Shown here one piece after another: positions 1-9,495 of a stretch of DNA of 64,000 nucleotides (positions are counted from its first letter, which is position 1; each line of letters starts with the position of its first letter). The DNA is taken from contig CAZXSR010000003.1 of the NCBI GenBank assembly GCA_964643315.1, forward strand, positions 88,506 to 152,505, written 5' to 3'. Origin of the DNA: an uncultured Ferruginibacter sp. Its GTDB lineage: Bacteria; Bacteroidota; Bacteroidia; Chitinophagales; Chitinophagaceae. A program made the position numbers and the translations under genes. Below the pieces are notes generated by a model. That model was given only the letters and a program-made list of their open reading frames with translations, was not told where the DNA came from and ran no database searches.

Positions 1-641
1 AGTTTACCAATAGCTGTTTGCGTAATTGCAGGAACCAAATTGGCCGGATTGCCAATGGGGAGCTCCCCAATTTCTGCAGAGGGGTGTGCGCCAACGGGAT
101 TAAAATATCTTAATAAAATTGCCTGGAGATTACTTGTTGAAATAAACTGGCGAATCATCTCCTCTCCAACCTGTTTGGTATATCCGTATGGTGAGGTAGC
201 CGGTTTAAGTGGCGTATTTTCTGTTACCGGACTTTGATCCGGATCTCCATATACAGTGCATGATGAGGAAAAAACAAAATGCTGCACATTGTATTTTTGA
301 CAACAAGCCAGGATATTAAGCAGTGAGTTAATATTATTTTGAAAATACATCAGAGGCTGTTGCACAGATTCTCCCACTGCTTTGTATGCGGCAAAATGGA
401 TGATACCTTTGATGTCGGGGTTTTCAATGAATATTTTTTCTGTTTCTGTAGGATTGCACAAGTCAACAATATAGTTGACAACGGGAATTCCGGTAATTTT
501 CCGGATGCCTTCAAGCATACTTGGATTTGACCTGCTGAAATTATCTGCAGATATAACAGTATAACCGTGTTGCACAAGATCCACTATGGTATGAGAACCT
601 ATATAACCACATCCGCCTGTTACTAAAATCTTTTGCGACAT
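1..641 (-). CDS. galE: UDP-glucose 4-epimerase, partial (3' end runs off window; absent from ORF track)
   Basis: Manual translation from ATG at 641: MSQKILVTGGCGYIGSHT (GxxGxxG), HFAAYKAVGES, FSSSCTVYG, SPYGYTK (YxxxK), LRYFNPVGAH. Confidence 0.95.
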   Translation of the reverse strand, partial: MSQKILVTGGCGYIGSHTIVDLVQHGYTVISADNFSRSNPSMLEGIRKITGIPVVNYIVDLCNPTETEKIFIENPDIKGIIHFAAYKAVGESVQQPLMYFQNNINSLLNILACCQKYNVQHFVFSSSCTVYGDPDQSPVTENTPLKPATSPYGYTKQVGEEMIRQFISTSNLQAILLRYFNPVGAHPSAEIGELPIGNPANLVPAITQTAIGK

Positions 642-742
642 GCAAGCAATTGAAAATTCAAATAATAAGTCCTCTAAAACCCAAAAAAGTTACTTTGCAA
701 AGAAAAAGAAAAAAACCTCACTGAAAAAGGAAAAATATTTGT

Positions 743-1978
743 TTAAACCACCCATCTAATCAGCATAAAAAACAAAGCTGCGAGTAAACCACTGATAGGT
801 ATAGTTAAAATCCATGCCCAAAGTAAGTTTACAGTAACTCCCCATCGTACTGCAGATAGGCGTTTAGTGGCTCCAACTCCAATGATAGAGCCGGTAATGG
901 TATGGGTAGTACTTACCGGAATCTTTAGTGCTTCTGTGAGAAATAACGTAATCGCCCCTGCAGTTTCAGCTGCAACCCCCTCAAATGGACTCACTTTAGT
1001 TATTTTAGTTCCCATGGTTTTTACAATCTTCCAGCCGCCACTCATCGTCCCTAAACCAATAGCTGCATAGCAAGATATTGGAACCCAATTTGGCATTTCT
1101 TCAAAATTGGGAACCTGTTTAGCTGCAATGAGCGCTGCCATGATGATACCCATTACTTTTTGCGCATCATTTCCACCGTGCCCAATTGAAAAAACTGCCG
1201 AAGAAACCAACTGAAGTCGCTTAAACCAAATGTTTGCCTTATATGCATTTAGGGTATGCAGAAATAATGAAAATACCGCCATAATGAAAAGAATGCCAGT
1301 TAGTAAAACCCATTTAAAATTAGAGGCAGTAAAAATGACTCGCAAAGTTTGGCTTTGAAAATGGGTTTTTAATTTAGCAGGGTCAGTAGTGATATTGTTT
1401 TTTAAAAAGTATATAATTAATAGCATCACTAGTGCAAATAATATTTTGGGTGTCCACCCTTTTTTAAAGGAATGAATAAACCAAATGGATATCAAAAATG
1501 CAATTAACATCCCTATGACCGGGGCAAGCAGTATAAAAGAAATTATTTTGAACACAGGATCAGCATTGATTACCGCAAAACCACCATATGCAATGGCGGC
1601 TCCGCCAAAACCTCCAATCAACGCATGTGATGAAGAGGAAGGAATGCCAAACCACCAGGTTATCAGGTTCCAAATGATAGCTGAAAGCAACCCCGCCAGT
1701 ATGACGTATAGCATTTCATAATTAGTGCCATCATTAGGGTTATATGCACCATGTACTGCACCTTCTTTTACCGTTTTTGCAATGGTGTTTGCCACACCAT
1801 GATCCTTAAAAATAAAGAATGCTACAAAATTGAAAAGGGCTGCCCATACAACTGCCTGACCTGGAGTCAGTACTTTTGTAGATACGATTGTTGCAATTGA
1901 ATTTGCTGCGTCATGAAACCCATTGATATAATCAAAGATTAACGCTAAGGCAATAATGGTAACAAGTAATGTCGTCAT
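743..1978 (-). CDS. Inorganic phosphate transporter, PiT family
   Basis: PiT signatures NGFHDAANSIAT and HGGNDAQK, PSSSSH and PVSTTH motifs; hydrophobic; paired with DUF47 gene. Confidence 0.93.
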   Translation of the reverse strand: MTTLLVTIIALALIFDYINGFHDAANSIATIVSTKVLTPGQAVVWAALFNFVAFFIFKDHGVANTIAKTVKEGAVHGAYNPNDGTNYEMLYVILAGLLSAIIWNLITWWFGIPSSSSHALIGGFGGAAIAYGGFAVINADPVFKIISFILLAPVIGMLIAFLISIWFIHSFKKGWTPKILFALVMLLIIYFLKNNITTDPAKLKTHFQSQTLRVIFTASNFKWVLLTGILFIMAVFSLFLHTLNAYKANIWFKRLQLVSSAVFSIGHGGNDAQKVMGIIMAALIAAKQVPNFEEMPNWVPISCYAAIGLGTMSGGWKIVKTMGTKITKVSPFEGVAAETAGAITLFLTEALKIPVSTTHTITGSIIGVGATKRLSAVRWGVTVNLLWAWILTIPISGLLAALFFMLIRWVV

Positions 1979-2006
1979 ACTGGAGGGATAATAGAGATTT
2001 CAATAA

Positions 2007-2654
2007 TCAGGCGTATTTTACTATGATACCCTCAATGACATTGGCAGCATCTTCACATTTATCGGTAACCACTTCCAAAATCTGATAAATTTCTCTTTTC
2101 TTGATTACCTCCTTTGCATCAGGTTCTGTTGCAAATAATCTTTCGATACTCATATCAAAAATATCATCTCCCTGATTTTCAATACTGTTGATTGCAACCA
2201 AGGCATCCGTTATCTGACGCATATTGCGCATATTACGCAACTCTGTGACCGCTTTATGAACGTGAATACAACCGGAGTTTATTAAATCCGCCATTTTTTG
2301 TATTCCCAAATCATTTGGATCTACATTGTAAAAATTGATTTTTTTGGCAGAAGAGTAGATATAATCAGCAATATCATCCAAAGAGGTTGCCAGATAGTGA
2401 ATATCTTCTCTGTCAAATGGGGTAATGAAGTTTTGTCCGAGTTCCGTAAAAATCTTATGTGTGTATTCATCATTGATATGCTCCATATCCTCCACTTCTT
2501 TAATCAATTTGCCACGTTTTTCATAATCTGGCTCATGTACAATTTCTTTAAGTTTGGCTCCCATTTTTACGAGAACTTCCGAAACATTTTCAAATAACTG
2601 ATAAAAGATTCTGTCCTTGGGAAGAAATACTTTTAAGATCGTGTTTAAGGCCAT
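2007..2654 (-). CDS. DUF47 / PhoU-like phosphate transport regulator
   Basis: 215 aa helical protein, TPFDREDI motif, D..ED.A C-terminal motif; canonical position upstream of pit. Confidence 0.9.
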   Translation of the reverse strand: MALNTILKVFLPKDRIFYQLFENVSEVLVKMGAKLKEIVHEPDYEKRGKLIKEVEDMEHINDEYTHKIFTELGQNFITPFDREDIHYLATSLDDIADYIYSSAKKINFYNVDPNDLGIQKMADLINSGCIHVHKAVTELRNMRNMRQITDALVAINSIENQGDDIFDMSIERLFATEPDAKEVIKKREIYQILEVVTDKCEDAANVIEGIIVKYA

Positions 2655-2780
2655 GATTTTGGGTGTAATTGATGAAAAAACTCTGCTAAGAAACTACTTT
2701 TTTATGTAAGTTTAGAAATTATTATTTACCAGCTTCTTAAATGTTTAAAATACTCATAGCAATCTTCAATTAGCAAAACT

Positions 2781-2823
2781 AACAAAAAGAACAAAGGCTC
2801 CTTCCATATTGAAAGAGCCTTTG
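2781..2823 (-). terminator. Intrinsic terminator downstream of gatB-tlpA
   Basis: CAAAGGCTC...GAGCCTTTG stem (2792-2823) followed on minus strand by TTCTTTTTGTT. Confidence 0.7.
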
Positions 2824-2849
2824 CCGACTTAACAATTTGATAATATTGG

Positions 2850-3992
2850 CTAGGGAAGCGTTTTTTCAAGCATTTTTTCCAGATCATCTCCTCTCAGAGA
2901 GGTAGCCAGGATTTTTCCGGAAGGATCAAGCAATATATTATAGGGAATTCCATCAAAAGCATATAAACTAACTACTTTGCTCTCCCATCCCTGTAAATCA
3001 CTGACATGTGTCCATGTTAGTTGGTCTTCGCGTATGGCTGCTATCCATTCATCCTTTTTCTCATCGAGCGATACACCCAGAATGGTAAAATTTTTGTTTT
3101 TAAACTTGTTGTATGCATTCACAACATGTTCATTTTCTGCACGACAGGGCCCGCACCAACTAGCCCAAAAATCAACCAATACATATTTACCTTTAAATGA
3201 ACTTAAAGTCAAAGGCTTACCATCTGTTCCATTTAAAGTAAAATCAGGGGCCATACTTCCAACAGCAGGAGTGGTTGTTTTGGCGTTTTCTTCTTGCTTT
3301 GCATTTTTTTCCAAAGCACTTAAAAATTCGTTAACCCCATTGTGATTAGGAAATTTTTTGATTAATTTTTGTGCGTAGGCCTGAACTTGCTGTGCATTTC
3401 CAACTTGTGCATTGGAGAAAGCAAACATTGAGAGCACGGCACTGGAAGTCGTGTCTGCATAGTTTAAAATATAATTTTGATATTCGGTTATTTTTTGATT
3501 GATAGATTGATTGATTTGATCTACTAATATTTGGTTTTTTGTATTTTCTGCCTGCTCCAATTGCAATTCAAGTGGATTTAATGATATTGGTATATTGTAG
3601 ATATAATTGGTTAGCTTATGGAGCTGTATGTTGAGAGGTGTATTGGAAATGGATTTTTTATAGTCATGGTCTTGTGCGTCAATGTCAAATGAAAGTTCCG
3701 GCTTATCATTCACAAAAAACAAAGTGATGTTATCTTCAGGCAAAACCAATCGGAACATGCTCTGCTCCTTTACAATAATATCTTTGGTAAACTTATTTTC
3801 TTTTAAATAAATGGTATCCCACTTCTTTGTTGGAAGCAGATTAAAATGGATTTCATCCAATATTACATATTTCGACTTGTTATTTTTTATTTGACCTGAA
3901 ATCTCGAGTTTATCTTTTTGTTTGCAACTATTATTTAAAAAAATAATCGTACACAGACATAGAAATGTCAGAGATTTGATTTGCGTAAACAT
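2850..3992 (-). CDS. TlpA/AhpC-TSA family thiol-disulfide oxidoreductase lipoprotein (DUF4369-like N-terminus)
   Basis: Lipoprotein-like signal (NNSC), VLVDFWASWCGPC CxxC thioredoxin motif, GIP cis-Pro motif. Confidence 0.9.
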   Translation of the reverse strand: MFTQIKSLTFLCLCTIIFLNNSCKQKDKLEISGQIKNNKSKYVILDEIHFNLLPTKKWDTIYLKENKFTKDIIVKEQSMFRLVLPEDNITLFFVNDKPELSFDIDAQDHDYKKSISNTPLNIQLHKLTNYIYNIPISLNPLELQLEQAENTKNQILVDQINQSINQKITEYQNYILNYADTTSSAVLSMFAFSNAQVGNAQQVQAYAQKLIKKFPNHNGVNEFLSALEKNAKQEENAKTTTPAVGSMAPDFTLNGTDGKPLTLSSFKGKYVLVDFWASWCGPCRAENEHVVNAYNKFKNKNFTILGVSLDEKKDEWIAAIREDQLTWTHVSDLQGWESKVVSLYAFDGIPYNILLDPSGKILATSLRGDDLEKMLEKTLP

Positions 3993-3996
3993 ATTC

Positions 3997-5445
3997 TTAT
4001 GGTTTGAGTTTTTCTGAAAGCAGTTTCTGCACCAGTTGCATATCGGCTTTTCCTTTGCTGCGTTTTTTCACTTCGCCTGCAAACATTCCCATCAATCCTT
4101 TTTTACCAGACAGGTATTCTTTTACTTTGTCGGGATTGTCTTTAAGAACTGCATTTATCCACTGCACCAATGCATCCTCATCCGATTGCTGATCTAAATG
4201 TAGTTCAATAATAGTATCCAATGGTTTTTTTTGTGGATTTTTTATTAGATACTCCATCCATTTACCCGTAGCATTTTGAAAACTGATTTTACCTGACTCG
4301 GTACAGTTGATCATCACTGCAACCGTTTGCGATGGTAATGGAAATGCTGCAACATCACATTGATTGGTGTTGCAATATTGACGAATGGGCCCCAAGATCC
4401 AATTGGCAATGGCTTTATAATGTATGCACTCAACGGCCAAAGATTCAAATAATCTCACTTCGTCTTTATCGGAACATAATTGAGTGGCATCATATTCAGT
4501 TAATTGATACTGCCGGATAAATTGTTCCTTATACAAATCAGGAAGCTTAGGGGAAGTCTTTCTTATTTGATCGATTCTCGCTTCTGAAATAAGAAATGGC
4601 GGTAAATCGGGTTCGGGAAAATAGCGATAATCCTGTGCCGATTCTTTTTGTCGAAGCGAGAAAGTAATTTGTTTGTCGGCATCAAAACTGCGGGTTTCCT
4701 GTATAATCTCCACTCCGTTTTCAACCATCTTCGTCAATCTCTTAAACTCCAGCTCAATAGCTTTCTTTACATTGCGTATGCTATTCAAATTTTTAACTTC
4801 AACCCTCGTACCCAATTGGCTGGACCCCTGCAAACGAACCGAAATATTGGCATCGCATCGCATACTTCCTTCTTCCATATTTCCATCACACACCTCAAGC
4901 CATCTTAATAATTTTCGAAGTTCAGTGAGAAATAAAAATGCTTCCTCTGATGAATGAATGACCGGTTCAGTAACAATCTCCAGCAAAGGAGTACCTGCAC
5001 GATTAAGATCAATGCATGTATAATCTTCATATACATCATGCAAACTTTTGCCTGCATCTTCTTCGAGGTGCATGTGATGCAATTGAATTTGTTTTTGAGA
5101 TTGAGCTGAGTTGATGGATACGAATCCCCCAGTACATACAGGAGCAGTATGCTGACTGATTTGATATCCTTTGGGCAGATCGGGATAAAAATAATTTTTT
5201 CTTTCGAAGAAGTGCTGCCTTGTGATGTCACAATGAAGGGCAAGTCCGAGTCTAATAGCCAAATCAACTGCTTTTTTATTGAGCACCGGCAAAGTGCCTG
5301 GATGTGCTAAAGAAACAGAACTCACCTGCGTATTTGCTTCAGCTCCAAAAGAAATTGCATCACTGCAAAACAATTTACCCGCTGTTTGCAGTTGTGCATG
5401 CACTTCGAGTCCTACAACCAATTGATATTTTTCGGCTACTGACAT
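3997..5445 (-). CDS. gatB: Asp-tRNA(Asn)/Glu-tRNA(Gln) amidotransferase subunit B
   Basis: GLEVHAQL, RKNYFYPDLPKGYQISQ, HLEEDAGK, DLNRAGTPLLEIV, MRCDANIS, YRYFPEPDLPP; start set at MSVAEKY. Confidence 0.97.
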   Translation of the reverse strand: MSVAEKYQLVVGLEVHAQLQTAGKLFCSDAISFGAEANTQVSSVSLAHPGTLPVLNKKAVDLAIRLGLALHCDITRQHFFERKNYFYPDLPKGYQISQHTAPVCTGGFVSINSAQSQKQIQLHHMHLEEDAGKSLHDVYEDYTCIDLNRAGTPLLEIVTEPVIHSSEEAFLFLTELRKLLRWLEVCDGNMEEGSMRCDANISVRLQGSSQLGTRVEVKNLNSIRNVKKAIELEFKRLTKMVENGVEIIQETRSFDADKQITFSLRQKESAQDYRYFPEPDLPPFLISEARIDQIRKTSPKLPDLYKEQFIRQYQLTEYDATQLCSDKDEVRLFESLAVECIHYKAIANWILGPIRQYCNTNQCDVAAFPLPSQTVAVMINCTESGKISFQNATGKWMEYLIKNPQKKPLDTIIELHLDQQSDEDALVQWINAVLKDNPDKVKEYLSGKKGLMGMFAGEVKKRSKGKADMQLVQKLLSEKLKP

Positions 5446-5588
5446 TATGAACAAATATAGCAAATAGATTCCCGGATGAAACCGGGGTATACAAAATCAG
5501 AAATTCATCAATAAAATTAAATTACACTGAATTTTATTCAGTTAGTACACTAATCAAATCCCTCTATTTTCGCGGAAATCCGCACTGC

Positions 5589-7190
5589 ATGAATTTCCTT
5601 AAAAAGCATCCCTTTATCCGTTTATGTATTGCATGGGCATTTGGCATTTTTGTTGGCAACTTGAACCTTTGTTCATTAAAGTTTACGCAAATAATATTGG
5701 CTTGCATCTTATCACTACTGCTATTTTCTACTTTTTCAGGCGTAAAGAACGCATTCAAATACAGAATTGTAACCGGGCTAATGATTTGGCTGTTGATGGC
5801 AATGGGTGGCATATTGACCATACAAAAACAAGATATTCGCCATGATGCAAATTGGATTGGATACGATGTTAAAAAGGCAAAGGCATTTTGGGTAGAGATT
5901 ACGGAAACACCTATTCAACGAAAAAAAACCAAACGATTTAAGGTAAAATTATTAGAGTACAATGATGGGGAGAAGTGGAAAAAGGCAACCGGCAATCTGT
6001 TATTATTCATTCAATTATCAAGCAAAGTAGATAGTCTTGAAATTGGAAAGAAATTTATTTGTTTTCAAAAAATCAAATTGCTCAAAGATGATTCCATATT
6101 TGCATTAGGTTATCAAGATTATTTAGCCAGGCAGGGTATTTATCACACCGCTTATATTCGTAATAACGATTATTTTATTTGCACAAATAATGATCATCCT
6201 CCCATTCAAAATCTGATACAACAACTGCAAAAGAAAACAATCGGCTTACTGAGAGGAGCCATTCACGACAGCTCATCCTTCGCTTTGGCAGAGGCCTTGC
6301 TGATTGGCTATCGTAATGACATGGACAAGTTGCAGGTAAAAATATATACGGATGCCGGCATTGTACATATCATTGCCATTTCGGGAATGCATCTGGGATT
6401 GCTGTTTATTTCCCTGTCATGGATATTGGAATTGATTCCTTTTTTACGACAGTACAACTGGATAAAAGCCGTATTGATATTATCATTTCTTTGGACATTC
6501 ACCTTACTATGTGGTGCATCTCCCTCTGTTTTGCGCAGTGCGGTCATGTATACCTTTATCATAATTGGAAAAGCAATGAAACGGGATATTATGCTCCATA
6601 ACATGCTGGCCGTTTCTGCATTTGTACTACTTTGTTATAACCCTTATTTATTATGGGATATTGGATTCCAATTAAGTTATTTAGCCATTATTGGAATTGT
6701 ATGGTTACAAAAACCCATTTACCATTTGGTTAAAGCCAAAAGCAGGTTGTTTGATAAAATCTGGGAAATGATGAGCATCACGATAGCCGCACAAATCATG
6801 ACACTGCCAATATGTCTGTATTATTTTCATCAATTTCCAAACTATTTTTTACCAAGTAATCTATTGGCTGTGCCATTATCTACTGTGATATTGTTCATGG
6901 AGATAGCGCTCATTGTTTTAGCGCCAATTCATTTTTTTTATGAAAATTTAGGTTGGGTCACAGAGAAATTATTAATCGCATTTGAAAAAAGCATGCTGTT
7001 TTTTTCAAAACTGCCTGGAGCAGTTACACATGATATATTTGCCAATGCATTAACAACAATATTTTTATTTGCGATGATTATTTTTTTAGGATGGGGATTG
7101 ATTAATAAGCAAAAACAATTTTTTTGGAGTAGCATTATCTGCTCATTGATTTTTTGCATTGTGTACGCTTTGCATTCATCTTTGTTGTGA
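5589..7190 (+). CDS. comEC: ComEC/Rec2 family competence membrane protein (DUF4131 + Competence domains; no C-terminal nuclease domain)
   Basis: HIIAISGMHL, SPSVLRSAVM, DIGFQLSY, ITIAAQIMTLP, SNLLAVP motifs. Confidence 0.88.
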   Translation: MNFLKKHPFIRLCIAWAFGIFVGNLNLCSLKFTQIILACILSLLLFSTFSGVKNAFKYRIVTGLMIWLLMAMGGILTIQKQDIRHDANWIGYDVKKAKAFWVEITETPIQRKKTKRFKVKLLEYNDGEKWKKATGNLLLFIQLSSKVDSLEIGKKFICFQKIKLLKDDSIFALGYQDYLARQGIYHTAYIRNNDYFICTNNDHPPIQNLIQQLQKKTIGLLRGAIHDSSSFALAEALLIGYRNDMDKLQVKIYTDAGIVHIIAISGMHLGLLFISLSWILELIPFLRQYNWIKAVLILSFLWTFTLLCGASPSVLRSAVMYTFIIIGKAMKRDIMLHNMLAVSAFVLLCYNPYLLWDIGFQLSYLAIIGIVWLQKPIYHLVKAKSRLFDKIWEMMSITIAAQIMTLPICLYYFHQFPNYFLPSNLLAVPLSTVILFMEIALIVLAPIHFFYENLGWVTEKLLIAFEKSMLFFSKLPGAVTHDIFANALTTIFLFAMIIFLGWGLINKQKQFFWSSIICSLIFCIVYALHSSLL

Positions 7191-7237
7191 ACCAATTGAA
7201 TTATGTGAATTAAAATTAAGAACTTGCAGCCCTCAAT

Positions 7238-8161
7238 ATGTCATCATCTCAACGCAACAAGGGATATCTGGCTTTGGCAGCGACCAGCATTTTGTGGGGC
7301 ACCACCTGGGTTGCCAGTAAATCGGCTTTAAAAAAAGTACCCGGATTGGAAATTGCTGCTATCCGTCAATTTTTAGCTGGCAGTATCTTTCTTGTTTATT
7401 TTTTATTTTTTAAAAAAATGGCTCTGCCGAATTTCAAACAATTCGGCTATTTGGTTATGATGGCTGTTCTATTGTTTGTTATTGCAAATGGTATGAGCAC
7501 CTGGGGTTTGCATTATATACCAACAGGATTGGCTTCATTGATAGGTGCGATGTATCCGATGTGTGTAGTGCTTATAGAAACGCATTTATTAAAAAAGAAA
7601 AATACAACCCGACTTACGTGGCTGGGAATGCTGATTGGCTTTACCGGAGTATTGTTTTTAATCGGGCAGTTTGGAATGAAAGATTCATTTGGCATGAAAG
7701 CAATCTGGGGCCTGTTGGCTTCTCTGATAGCTATGCTTTCATGGAGTGTGGGCAGTATTTTATTGGCTCGTAAGGACACAGGACTGAATCCATATTTTTC
7801 AATGGGTTGGCAAATGATTTTAGGTTGCCTATTCACTACTTTTATTGTAATGGTTACAGGCGACCATATCCCACTTGCCTCTATTGAAACTCACTCCTGG
7901 CTTATGATTTGTTATCTGGTCATCGTAGGTTCTGTTCTCGCTTTCATCGCTTTTTTATATTCACTTAAAACACTGCCTGCTGCATTGTCATCACTATACG
8001 CTTATATCAATCCAATTGTAGCATCTATAACCGCATCTTTCACACTAAACGAAACATTGACACCATCTATCTTATTTGGTACGATTTTTACATTGGCCGG
8101 AGTTTTTATTGTAAACAAAAGCGTGAAGAGGAAAGATGCAGAGATCGAGGCGGAAATATGA
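7238..8161 (+). CDS. EamA/DMT family transporter
   Basis: About 10 hydrophobic segments, WGTTW and YINPIVA motifs, two-repeat organisation. Confidence 0.9.
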   Translation: MSSSQRNKGYLALAATSILWGTTWVASKSALKKVPGLEIAAIRQFLAGSIFLVYFLFFKKMALPNFKQFGYLVMMAVLLFVIANGMSTWGLHYIPTGLASLIGAMYPMCVVLIETHLLKKKNTTRLTWLGMLIGFTGVLFLIGQFGMKDSFGMKAIWGLLASLIAMLSWSVGSILLARKDTGLNPYFSMGWQMILGCLFTTFIVMVTGDHIPLASIETHSWLMICYLVIVGSVLAFIAFLYSLKTLPAALSSLYAYINPIVASITASFTLNETLTPSILFGTIFTLAGVFIVNKSVKRKDAEIEAEI

Positions 8162-8189
8162 ATTTAAATAGATTTTAATAGTCTTTTTT

Positions 8190-9485
8190 CTAAACAGATT
8201 GCGTATTAATTACCATCTCCTTCCACAATTCCCCCCAGCCTGCAAATTCGGGTTCGCTTCCGAGGAAATGATTGTGAAAAATGGGTATGAATGCTGTCCC
8301 ATGATTTTTGGAGATGTTGAAGTAATACTGATACTCCTTTGAAGCTTCTTCGATAGTTAGTTTTTGTTCAAAGTGACAATTTGCATCCATAAAACAAAAA
8401 GGATGCAATCTAAGTGGAGTCACTTCTTCTCGTGGTAAATCGTACCAAAAAAATGGGCTGGTGACAGATGCACGAAATCCGTTGATGCTCCCATATCCCA
8501 TGCTGTAATCATCAGTGATTCCATTTTCAATAAGCTGACGAAAACTATTTGGAATTTCCCATTTAACATAATGCTGTCTTGATTCAGTCACAGACTTATT
8601 GATGAGCGAAGACAATCTTCTGATTTCCTTTTGAAGTACATGATCGTTTTGATTGCTGCGCCAGGATGGATGTATCCCTACCCTATATTTTAATGCATGT
8701 TGTTGAATCAATGAACGCATCGATTTTTTAAACAGCCGAATATTTTTATCATATCGGCTGAGTCTACGGGCAATTAAAAAGAAATAGATACACTCCGTTT
8801 TATTTTGCAGATGCAACAAGTCCATCTTTTCAAAAGTATCAAAAGGATCTGGCTCCATACCCAACAATACCTTCCATCTTTTCATATCCGGTTTTTTACA
8901 AAATCCGGCCAGATTACGCCAGAATCCTTTGTGTTTATAGGACCAGGCCATATCGATGTCGTAGGAAAAGAGTGTTTTAAAAGTTCGCTCTTTAATGACT
9001 GGAGTTGAGCGTTTGCTTTTGAGAAAATCTGCAAATTGATTGATCCAAATATTAACCAGCGGAATGTTTAAAAATCCATTTTGAAATGCCAGTGCATTTT
9101 CATGAGCATATCTTCCATACATGTCCTTTGTATGTGGCAAGTACTCCTCATAGCGCGAAATCAAATAAAAAATAGCAGAAAAAATATCAAACCTGTATGA
9201 AGATTCATTGTCTGTTTCAAAAAAAACAAAATAATCATCAGTCAATTTACGAACTACAGGATTTTGTGCCCTTATACCTGTCTCATGCAACAAACCATGT
9301 GGCTTTACGTTAACAGTCGTGTTGGAAATTTCTTGATCACTGTAATTAATGATGATTGATGTCTGCGTTGGTATGTCATTTACATTCTCAACTATTTGAA
9401 ATGACAATCCAAGTTGTTCTTCAAAAATAAACTGACATACATATTGAAGTCGGTTTGTTGATTTTTCTGTGAATACAACAATCAT
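8190..9485 (-). CDS. Polysaccharide deacetylase family protein (Bacteroidota type)
   Basis: YLISRYEEY, SYDIDMA, GIHPS, RQHY, DYSMGY, GFRAS, FHNH motifs of CE4-like fold. Confidence 0.8.
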   Translation of the reverse strand: MIVVFTEKSTNRLQYVCQFIFEEQLGLSFQIVENVNDIPTQTSIIINYSDQEISNTTVNVKPHGLLHETGIRAQNPVVRKLTDDYFVFFETDNESSYRFDIFSAIFYLISRYEEYLPHTKDMYGRYAHENALAFQNGFLNIPLVNIWINQFADFLKSKRSTPVIKERTFKTLFSYDIDMAWSYKHKGFWRNLAGFCKKPDMKRWKVLLGMEPDPFDTFEKMDLLHLQNKTECIYFFLIARRLSRYDKNIRLFKKSMRSLIQQHALKYRVGIHPSWRSNQNDHVLQKEIRRLSSLINKSVTESRQHYVKWEIPNSFRQLIENGITDDYSMGYGSINGFRASVTSPFFWYDLPREEVTPLRLHPFCFMDANCHFEQKLTIEEASKEYQYYFNISKNHGTAFIPIFHNHFLGSEPEFAGWGELWKEMVINTQSV

Positions 9486-9495
9486 CGCAATACAT

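Noticed and set aside
40-577. Three short ORFs at the window start
   Set aside because: They overlap galE, which the track missed because it lacks a stop within the window.
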